DNA of 64,000 nucleotides from Lytechinus pictus (Eukaryota), in assembly GCF_037042905.1 (NCBI RefSeq), contig NC_087254.1, positions 25,172,001-25,236,000 on the forward strand, written 5' to 3'. Numbering within the stretch: position 1 is the first letter of the stretch; each line of letters starts with the position of its first letter. The notes under the pieces were generated by a model. The model made no database searches. It was not told the origin of the DNA and saw nothing but the letters and a program-made list of their open reading frames with translations. Made by a program: the position numbers and the translations under genes. This document shows positions 26,798 to 37,355 of this stretch, one piece after another.

Positions 26798-28443
26798 ATG
26801 GCATCATCTGCAGGGAAAGTCCCCGCTTTAGTGACAACGGAGTGGTTGGCCGAAGCTTTAGAGGCTGGGAAGACCCCAGATGGAAGATCGATTCGTCTCC
26901 TTGACGCCACATGGCTCGGTATGGCAGATGAAGGTCGGGACGCTCACGGCAAGCAGCACATTCCAGGAAGTCTCTACATCGACCTCAACCAGCTCCGCAA
27001 CAAGGACACTTCGTATTACTTCACCATCCCGACTTCGGAGTTCTTTGCCGAGTTCGTTGGGAAGACGCTCGGCATCGACAACAACACACACGTGATCGTC
27101 TACGAGAATGACCCTTACTATAGTATCATGACGGCGCCTCGGATCTGGTGGATGTTCCGATATTTCGATCACGGCGTCGTGTCGGTGCTCGATGGTGGAC
27201 TTCAGCAGTGGGTTGCCGAGAATCGAAGGGTCACCGATGAGGCAACACCAGCTCCTCAGCCAGCCAATTTCAAGGTGACGAGAACGCGTACTGAGATCTT
27301 CAAGAACTTTGATGATATCTTAGAGAACGTAAAGGAAACTAAATTTCAGTTGATGGATAGTCGTCCAGTAGAATGGTATGATGGTACATTGCCTTCTCCT
27401 TATCCAGGTAAAATATATCATCAAAACTTTGGTTTTAATTATTGACCATAATCATAGGCGGCGGGGGGGGGGGGACGTGTCCCCCCCCTAAATTTTAGGT
27501 GGGGGGACGGTCCCCCCCCCCCTTAATTTTTTGTTGATAACCCTTTTTTTTTTTTTTTTTTTGCTTGTCAATTTTTTTTGCCTGCGTCCCCCCTAAAATT
27601 TTTGGTTGATAACCTTTTTTTTTTTTTTGCTCTTCAAAATTTTTTTGTGGTCCCCCCTAAAATTTTTGGCTTCCGCCGCCAATGACCATAATAAGGACAT
27701 CCGACAAAAATATTCTGGTAATTGAAAAAAAAAACACGATCATTATAGCGTTCTAAATCAGCAGTATACGGCTGCTCACTAAATGCTCTCTCTGATGTTG
27801 TTCAGGTCTAGATACCCAACCCACCCACCCCTGCATCTGATTTACTTGTTACGCAATTGTACACTATATGTCCAACGATCTAGCCTACTATTTGTATTTA
27901 GTCTGTATTTGTTTATTTTGTTGATATAGAAATGTATTAAGAGTATTGAATTTTGAAATCTGGATTCGCAATACGAAATCTTTCTGTCTAAAAAAATAGA
28001 GATAATTTCTTGTGCACGGGATCGAGTCCCCATTTTTTCCAAGTGCATGACTGTAAATTGCAAAATAACAGATAACATGTCCTCCGTTTACAGGTTTAAA
28101 ACTCGGGATCATGAAGATGGCAGTCAACATCCCCTTCCCAAATATCCTCACAGAGGGATCCTCCAAGTTCAAGAAGCCCGATGACATCAAGTCACTCTTC
28201 CATTCAAAGGGCATTGACCTATCCCGACCTTTGACCTCGACCTGCTTCGTTGGTGTCACCGCTTGCATCTTGGCCTTTAGCGCCTTCTTGGTCGGGAGGG
28301 AGGACGTGGCGGTGTTCGATGGGTCTTGGGATGAATATTCTCAGAGAGGCCCCGATGATTCTATGACTGTTTATGAAGTTAAGGTCAACCTGAATGATAC
28401 TGATGACACTTTCCCGCCTGTGCCGACATTCAATAAACAATAG
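26798..28443 (+). CDS. Divergent MPST/TST-family sulfurtransferase paralogue 2, 319 aa; exons 26798-27407, 28094-28443; active-site loop CFVGVT
   Basis: Intact ORF: LVTTEWL, LDATW, HIPGS, APRIWWMFRYFDH, VLDGGL, DSR, DLSRPLTSTCFVGVTAC, FDGSWDEY; same phase-1 intron as MPST; acceptor TTCTGTAG just upstream of the ATG. Confidence 0.9.
27453..27684. mobile_element. hAT-like MITE, 8-bp TSD, in the intron of paralogue 2
   Basis: TSD ACCATAAT (27445-27452, 27685-27692); TIR CATAGGCGGCGG / CCGCCGCCAATG. Confidence 0.85.
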
Positions 28444-29293
28444 AAACGACTTCCCTATGATGAGCATCATGAATTTACAATCGAACGTTATTTACGCTTT
28501 CTTGCTTCTAATGGAGATTTATAAATTTAGATTGTTGTTATCAACGATGTAATTTGAAATAATACTACATTATAACTATCTCAGAACCAAATATGTGTGA
28601 TACCGCGGAAGGAATAATGATGGGGCCATTTCAATTCCACTGACCCTCTCTTTCTGACTTCATGATAAACAAAGGTCCGTTCATATTCATACCGTGGAAA
28701 TTCCCGGTTCATAATTTTTATAAAGATATAAATTAGTATATGATCTCTTTGTATTCATAACTCACGTATCTCAGTCAATAAATAATTATAAGAGAAAAAA
28801 AAAATCATTTTTTTTTAAATATCATCGTTAAAATGCCGAATGCTATCACAACGTTATTGGTTAATTTACCAGCATTATTTAAGTTATGACGGAAACCAAA
28901 GGACCTCTTAATGTGATTGTTTCTTCTATATTGTACCGTATACATTGTTAATCTTTCTTTTGAAAAACAATTATAACTAACTTTATAGACGCCGCGGAGT
29001 TCATCCTCTTTCAGAAAAATAAATTTAGTAATTGTCATTTACACCTCTCATTGAATTTCTAATAAATTTGTTTCTGAACATGAATTTCGTCCGTCCGTCT
29101 CAGTTCATTGTGAGAGAGAGACCAATAAATATTATAAAGTTACTTTCAAGACCCATTTACACATTTTGTTTTTCCTTTTGTCAAATCCATATCAGCCGCA
29201 ATATCTGCATCAGCTGCAAACTTGTAAAAACACCATTAACAACAACAACAAGAACAACTCAATTTGTTGCTATATTATTGCTGATATGAGTCA

Positions 29294-30342
29294 CAGTGGC
29301 GTAACTACGGGGGGCATGGGGGCACGTCCCCTCCAAAAAAAAAACGGGGAAAAGGAGAAAGAGAGGGAGAAAGAAAGAAAAATCTTAGAGGGGGATGAAT
29401 AAATCATTGCATATTATATTATACTATGTTATATTATATATTACGTAATAAATATTTTTCATAACTTTATGAAACATAATTTGCTTAGGGCCTATGTGTT
29501 CATCATTCCTGGTGCTCGCATTGTCTGTTTAAATCCTGTTGTACTAAAAACATCCCGTTTTCAAGTCAATATACACCAAATAGGCCTTTAGTTCCAGTTA
29601 TTATTGCTTTAAGTAGTGGCATAATATTATGCTTCTTTTTCATGTTTACCTAAAGCGATTGCCCCCTTCTAAGGTCTGAATATAAATTATTTCCAATCCG
29701 TACATACGTTTGCGTTAGTGGATTGGTGAAATATGTAAGCTCTTTATGAATTCCTAAAAACAATTCTTAAATTGTCCCTTTTCTAGTCTGAATATCGAAA
29801 ATTTTCAACTCGCGCTTCGCGCTCGCATCAATTGTATAGTGAAATACTTATGGTCTTAGTGAATTCCTACAAACAAGCATAAGACTAAATGCCCCTCTTC
29901 AGGTTTGAATTCCAAAAATGTTCAGCTCACGAAGTGATATACGTATCATGCTGATGATTACAATGACTACAAAAAGTGTTTCATGTGTTTAAATGTAATT
30001 CTAACAAAATCAGCAAGCGCTTGGCGCTCGCATTAGATGGATATGGTGAGATATGTATGCTCTTCATGAATTTGAAAAAAAGTCCTCATTGTCCCTGTTT
30101 GGGGTCAACATATGCAAATTTCAGCTCGCGCTTTGCGCTCGCATTGTTTGTTTACTATTAGTGAGACAGGTATGTATCATGATTGTAATTTTTTTATAAT
30201 GTCCCTTTTTTTAGGTCTGAATATAAAAAAAAATTCAGCTCGTGCTTCGTGCTCGCATTAAGTGAGTGAGATACATATTCGTTTAATGGCACAATCCTCA
30301 AAATTTCTCTTTCCCAACGCCGTGACCCACGGTACACCACTG
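29294..30342. mobile_element. hAT-like non-autonomous element, 8-bp TSD
   Basis: TSD ATGAGTCA (29286-29293, 30343-30350); TIR CAGTGGCGTA / TACACCACTG; internal repeats CTCGCGCTTCGCGCTCGCAT. Confidence 0.85.
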
Positions 30343-30823
30343 ATGAGTCATACATGCACTTTGGAGGAAAGGATTAAACAAATATGGCAGGTGGGACTCT
30401 TGCTTGTGAGCAAGAGTAAAGAGTTAATAAGCAAACTATTTAACACCAATCTCTAGTCTGTTTTCTTGATCATTAAAAGCTTGAAAAGGAACAATGTTAA
30501 AAGCGTACAATTTCAATACAATTATTTGACAGTTACATACGAATATCCAATTTCTATGGATGTCCTTTAACTTGCCTCAGTGCCCCTCTCATTATTGGTG
30601 ACGGATAATTGTGTGCCCTTTGATTTATTTGTCCATCTTTTCAATTCATGCTGTCAAACGTTTGTCGTTATCATCATTTCAATTCGTAATGTAATAACCT
30701 CTAGAAGAGTGACCTTTCCATACAAAAATTGAAATTTAGGGCTTTGATAGCACAAACAATTAATTGTACTCATCGCATTTTAAATAAAGCTTAAATGTGC
30801 GCATTTTAAAGCATTATCGGTAT

Positions 30824-30993
30824 GGGCGTTGTGGCGTGCGCCTGTAATCCAAGCTACGTGGGGGAAGTTACAAATTGATGCAGAGGTTCGAACCCTGGTC
30901 ACGTCTTTCGGATGGTGACGTTAAAGGTCGGTCCCAGACGTAAATAATCATATATGATTGATACACGTCTGACAAAACTCAAATACACACACA
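30824..30993 (+). mobile_element. 7SL-RNA (Alu-domain)-headed SINE with B box and (CA)n tail
   Basis: Perfect 12-bp TSD CATTATCGGTAT (30812-30823, 30994-31005); head GGGCGTTGTGGCGTGCGCCTGTAATCCAAGCTAC; B box GGTTCGAACCC at 30885-30895; ACACACACA tail. Confidence 0.8.
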
Positions 30994-32066
30994 CATTATC
31001 GGTATAGGAAAAATACACTGCATGTTTTAGAAATCTATATAGCTACAATTGTCTATCTCTAGCTAGCTAGATGGATGGATATATAGAGAAATAGATAGAT
31101 GGATGGATTGATGGTTGAATGGATGGATAGATAGATAGATAGATGAACCCACGATATTTCTCTAGAAAATATTTGAAGTATTTGGGATTACTTGCAAAAG
31201 TGGGGTTTGCACCAGACTACAGACTTTGCCACGTACCATCCTCTGCCCCCCGACGCTTCTGCCTGGATACACTCAGATGCGAGTGTTTTCATAATTTTCA
31301 GAAAGGTTGAATGGGGTCATATGCGCATGAAGCAACCTTAAAAGACTGAGATTAATGAGTTAAAAACAATTTGACAGTTGATCCGATACCTCAGTCTCAC
31401 TTGGGAATCTCCCTCGATCCAATAACTGACCCAAAACAATAAGACGGTCGAGTTGAACTGGGTCTATAAGAATTCATGATGTAATATCTTATTGAATTAC
31501 TAGATTATTTAAAAAAATCTCAACTTCAGTACGCGGGAGAACATGGTGGTATTTCTGGAGGATTTATTTCTTTATTTTATTTTTATAATCTGTTATGGAT
31601 ATTATGCAAAACATGTGATGGGCATACTTGGCTTACTCGACCAGAACAATTCTGATTCTGTAGGACATTACAATGAGTTTGGTATTTTAATCCTTATCAT
31701 CCTTGTCAAGAACATTATTATAAACTACGAATGTCAGATTTGTTCCCAACAGCGGTGTCCCAAACTGACGGGTCATTATTTTGCGCCAAACATAACGATT
31801 TGAATGACTGATGGTGATGTGAATGTTGTTTTGAACTTTTGGTATACATGTAAACCCTCTGTGGGATTACTTTGCATGCTGTGACAGAGGTTTTCCAGAA
31901 TATTCACTAGATACCTAACCTATACTGTACAATATAAACAGGCACCATATCTCACTCGGCAAACACGGGTTGTAAATAGACAGCCCGGATAGACAGTCTA
32001 CATTCTTTCGCATAATTATACTGAAAAGAACTGCGGCCGGCAACAACAAAATTGATTCATTATAAC

Positions 32067-35000
32067 ATGGCTGGGAATGCTTCGTCAATACCACCTCTGG
32101 TAACCACAAAATGGTTAAGCGATGTACTACGTGAACAACAATTCTCTTCGTCGTCGTCGTCATCGTGCTCGGTTCGTGTACTTGATGCGACATGGCTAGG
32201 GATTGTGACAGAGGGTCCAGATGCTTTCCGAGTTGAGCACATTCCCGGATCTGTTCACTTTGATCTCAACCAATGCAGAGATAAATCTTCCCGCTTTTAC
32301 TTTACACTTCCATCTGCCGAAGAGTTTGCAAAGTAAGTGAAGGAAACCAGTGAATATAAAAAACACATATTTTTGTCTTAAACCATATTTTTTAAAATTT
32401 ATATTATAGTCTGTTGCATTTGAGTCCCGTCTACATTGATTTGATTTTCAGAGATTAATAATTTTGTAAATGGGCGGCATTGAAATAGGGTATAGATGGT
32501 AAACGTGTTATGTGGCTATAAGCCTATATACACGGGATCCAATAGAAAGCTGTGTATGTCATTTTCCACAAAACCAATGTCTTTCATCCACCACATAGTT
32601 CTATTATCAATTTATACTCTTTTTACTCATTCGGAGTACACAGTTGCTTCACGTATAAAACGCCCGACAAAGCATTAATAAATTTTTACCATATTTGCAG
32701 GTAGTCTATTCACTGATTGCTTTTCAGGGTTTTCAGTATTTACCCGATGACCTCGTTCTCTGCAGTCCTGGTTCTCTGTTCACGTGTATCGATAATTTAA
32801 GAATGAACAATAGAACAACTTCTGAATAATGAGGCATATAGTGATTTTAATTTAAAAAAAATGAAAAGACTTATACTATATGTATAGATTTAATTTACGT
32901 AGTTTATAATGGAAGATATTGGATATTGAGATTTTATTTGGTACGGATTTGACAGTATTAACCAAAAAATTACATCAAAACATTGAAGAAGATACATAAC
33001 GACATATTTTTTTTGCATTCAGTGTTTTTTTTTTATTCCTTTTTTTTTAATCGCCCACAAATTTCAACGAATAAAGATGCGAAATGTGAAATATGATATT
33101 TGTTTAATGTTATGACAAAATCTCTAACGAATTTCGATTTTAATTCTTAAGAAGATCAAAATTTTCGCTCACTCAGAAGTTTTGGGAAATGTTACCCCGG
33201 TATTCCGGTGTGCCCTCTCATTTTTTGTTGGCTCATTGCGGCACTGACATAACCACAGGGGTCACATTATCATTCATAATGGATGATATCATTAATGATT
33301 TCCTTGGATGGCAGGTACGTAGGCGAGCTAGGTATCGACAACGAGACCCACGTGATCGTATACGAGAATGATCCAATATTCAGGATGATGTCGGCACCTA
33401 GGACATGGTGGATGTTCAGAACGTTTGGTCATGACAAGGTATGGAGAAGAATAAGTACAAAAGAGGAAACGGAGAGAAGGGGAAAGAGGAGGGGAGGAAA
33501 ATGGAATAATAACAGTTCGGAGACCAAGTCATTTCAGTCAATAAAAACATTTGGTTTCACTAAAATTATCGGAGTTAGTGCTGGCAACTTTGTGTTTATG
33601 GAACCATGGGCGGGAATCCCAGGGGGGGGGGGGGCAGTGGGGACGCGTCCCCCTACCCCCAAAAAGTAGGGGGGGACACCGTATCACTGATGTCCCCCTA
33701 TACTATTTTTGGTCTTTTATGATGGAGAAAAATACATCATCATTTAAAATCGAAATAATACATGTATTTTGGATTAAGTGACCTTACATTTTGGGTGAAA
33801 ACCTTTTTGGGGGGTTAAACTGACCTTACATTTTGGGTGATAACCATTTTTTTTTGCTTGTCAAATTTTTAAGCCCCTGGTCCCCCCTACCTTTAGGGAC
33901 AGATTTCCGCCTATGTATGGAACCAATCTTGTGTCTCATTAGGATCGATGTATTCTTATCTTATTTTTTTCTCTTGTGTCTTGAATTATATTTTTTAAAG
34001 AATAGTATTATACATATTATTTTATCCATTCGTTCAACGAAATCTTGAACTGTTATGAAAACCTTTCTATATTGTTCCTTTTCTATACATTTGTTCATAA
34101 TTTACTCTTTCTTGAACAGTATTTCACAAGGAGTTAAGCCATGTTTCGCTTTCATCTTGGTAGAAAAATGAAAGGTCAAAATATCAGTGTGAAACAGAAC
34201 GAAGTTTTGTCATCTTTTGTTCAAAGTAACTCGCGTGGTTTGAAACCCATTTAATATGGGGTTCACCAAAGGAATATGAATGCCAAAGCCAAAGTTAAAC
34301 TATATATATATATTCGGTTTTTCCTTTAAAATTTACTTCCAAACCAATCAACTTTAATACCCAAAGATCTCAATACTGGACGGAGGTTTGAAACAGTGGA
34401 AGGAGGATGGTTTCGCGGTCGAGGGCGGGAGCCAGACGGTTGACCAGCGGACCTTCATGGCCAAGCCACCCAACCCACGCCTCATCAAGCATTTCGACGA
34501 GGTTTTAGATAACCAGAAGACCGAGGAGTTTAGTTTGATTGACAGCAGGTTACCAGAATGGTTCGACGGGAGTATGGATTCTATTTGGCCTGGTAAGATA
34601 ATGAGAGAGGAAACAAGCTTATAATGAGCCCCAAAAAAAGAAGAAACAACAAACAAAACAGAATTGAAAGATTAACTACAATATTGAGAACAAAACTATA
34701 CAAATGAGAAAAGATGAAATAGAAGAGAAAAAAATAATCATTCATGTATGTAGTCATTAAAATATTTAAGAATTTGCCCTACAATTCGAAAACAGATGAG
34801 AAGGAATAACAAAACATATACCACCCCCCCCCCGAAAGACATGCGCATAATGCCCGGGGGCCCACTTACATTGGCGAGTGGATACTATGCGCAACCAAGA
34901 AAACACGTAAAAAGGATGTCTTTTTCAAGATAGGGCACGTTACGTACGTAACGTAATAAGGGTGTCAAAAACACTGAAATAATGAAAAAAAGGTATATAT

Positions 35001-36200
35001 TTTCACTAGGATAGCTACGTGCTTAGGGTCAAATTTGCGAGGGTGTATAAGACTAAAATGTTTTATAAAGGATCACTTTTTGCCCCAAGAGTCAACACTA
35101 ATAATTTTGAAGCGCTCTGAACAGTCGTAGATTGATAAAGCGCTATATAAATGCCAATTATTATTATTACGTGTTTAGAGTATGATTTTGCGCGAGATGT
35201 GGGAGCTGCAGGGGCTGTACTAAACCCAATCAGGTAAAACCGACGACAGTGACATAATAAAAATATCGTTGTACTTGTTTAGGGGGTCAATTCAGGGAAT
35301 ACTTGCCAAGAGTATTGTTTTGTTTCCAATACTTGTTAAGGGTAGGGTTTCACACACTATACTTGTCAAGGGGTGCATTTTCAGAATATGGAAAATACGT
35401 GTTAAGGGTGCTTTTCGAGACCCCATGGTCGCGCATGGTATCCACTCGTCAATGGAAGTGGTCCCCCCGGGGCATTATGTTATATTGTCGAGCTATATGA
35501 AGATTTTTAACAATGTAACTTGATGCTGGGATTATCAACGGAAGACTTGGAAATAGGTAAAAGCAGAAACATTTGAAAAAAGAGATAAATTAGAAGGAAA
35601 GGGGGAGATGAGAGTGATACCTTAGATAAGTTTACCAAAATACTGGAAGTAAAATAATTCATTTTGTGGAATATTATAGCAAGTAAAACAAATCAAATAA
35701 AATTATTTAGGGCCAGAAAGACAAGGTATTATACGAACATGCACATATAGGTCCAGATCTTCGGGAAAATTGAAGAAGAAAAATAGAAAAAGTAGAAATA
35801 GAAAGAGGAGAAAACGTGAAATGCAAAACATATTTGTAAACATTAACTAAGAATAAACTTATAACTGTCATATACATATTTTATTTCATCTTCTTCTATA
35901 GACTTGCCATTGGGGTACATCCTTAAGTCGGTCAACGTTCCTTTTGGTCGATTGGTCCGTAGTGATAGCGATCGCATGGTAGCGCGGGAAGATATCCTTC
36001 AACTTTTTCAATCGGCGGGTATCGATCTCTCACGTCCTCTCGTCAGCTCATGTTTTGTCGGCATCAGCGCATGCACAGTCGCTCTCGCTGCCTACGTGGT
36101 CGGGAAGGAGGACGTTGCGATCTACGACGGATCGTGGGATGAGTTTTGCAAACGAGCACCAAAGGACTCGCATGTCATCGTTCCCGATCCTCCAAAATAA
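32067..36200 (+). CDS. Divergent MPST/TST-family sulfurtransferase paralogue 3, 304 aa; exons 32067-32332, 33315-33438, 34367-34592, 35902-36200; active-site loop CFVGIS
   Basis: Four exons join in frame (915 nt): LVTTKWL, LDATW, HIPGS, APRTWWMFRTFGHDK|ISILDGGL, DSR, DLSRPLVSSCFVGISAC, YDGSWDEF; GT-AG introns. Confidence 0.88.
33605..33915. mobile_element. hAT-like MITE, 8-bp TSD
   Basis: TSD TATGGAAC (33597-33604, 33916-33923); TIR CATGGGCGG / CCGCCTATG. Confidence 0.85.
34853..35471. mobile_element. Family B MITE, complete, containing a LINE 3'-tail insertion at 35101-35169
   Basis: TIR CCCGGGGG-CCACTTACATTGGCGAGTGGATAC / GTATCCACTCGTCAATGGAAGTGG-CCCCCGGG; flanks GCATAATG / GCATTATG. Confidence 0.85.
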
Positions 36201-37052
36201 AAAAAGATAGGGGGAGTTGGGCTTAAAGAAATTGTGAACATGATAAAAATGCCGGGTTAAATTCTTCTTCAAAACCTGAAGATGAGCTGTCAATTGAAAC
36301 AATTATTTTCTTTTCGCAAAAAGTACGCAATTAAATTTACCATTTCCCACACGATAGGCTTAATTGACAGTCAAAGTACTGTATAAAATGGATTAGAATA
36401 GCTTTTTATACAGTATTGATCTTGATTGATCATTTGCAATTTTCATTCACTTTTGATAACCAATTTCATTATCTTGATGACACGTGTACACAAGCCCCCC
36501 CCCCCCCCATCCAATCACTAAAAAGGACCCAAACTTAAATATTAACTATACAAGTCAATGGGTCATATTCATCATGATATGAGTTTTATGGTTATAAAAA
36601 TAATATAAATATCAGAATATGACGGGCAGTTCCCCTTCCCTAAGTAATCATTGAACTCAAGATAAAACCCATATGTCTGCAAAATAATCAAAATCCAATT
36701 TCAGATATGCACAAATATCTGCTTTATTGCTTTTTCCCCTCACTTGTATATGTTCTTGAATGATTCATATCTTCTTGCCCTTCTCCCTCCAAGAAAAATT
36801 ATTATTCTGAGTGTAGCCTTGATTGTTGCAACTTTTGGCATTTGAAAGGAGAGATTGACCCCAATATGATATCAGACCTCGTATTTTTTTTGTAAATATA
36901 ACCTCTGAACGATCATTTTTTTTCTTGTGAGAGTACAAGAAAACTTTCATAAAGTTGACCATATACCAAATACTCTATTCATATAAAGGGTGGACATTTC
37001 ACAAGGGTAATTGTTATTTTGTGTTGACCCTCATTCCAAAAAAAATCTCCTG

Positions 37053-37355
37053 TACACTGATAGAAAATTTATGCTTAAAATAAAAGAAGTTCCTGCAGCA
37101 GAATCTCGAGAACACCTGTAATCTTACCAGATTGCGTAATCTTACATTATATCATGTAAAATTACAGGAAATTGGTATTTGGTGTATGGAACCTTACAAA
37201 TTTCCTTAAATAAAACACCCTTTTCCCCTTTTAAACAGACCTGTTCTGTTAAATTGCAGAAAACTTCCTGTTTTATGAATTTAGAGAATGATTCTGTTAT
37301 TGCTTTCTGCAAAATTTTGTTTTTCTGAAAAATCAGGGTTTTTTTTAACAGTGTA
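37053..37355. mobile_element. TA-flanked MITE (Tc1/mariner-like termini)
   Basis: TACACTGATAGAAAA ... TTTTTTAACAGTGTA. Confidence 0.55.

Noticed and set aside
30824-30993. Human Alu contamination or a genuine 7SL gene
   Set aside because: Similarity covers only ~40 nt, the rest is non-Alu, there is no S domain or poly(A), and the insert sits in host sequence between perfect TSDs
35269-35523. Recurrent ORFs such as [12 protein letters not shown] (also 25472, 46887, 15538)
   Set aside because: Chance frames within copies of the same non-coding MITE, with different frameshifts in each copy
26798-36200. Paralogues 2 and 3 as pseudogenes or selenoproteins
   Set aside because: Reading frames and splice sites are intact, the catalytic codons are TGC/TGT, there is no in-frame TGA and no convincing SECIS
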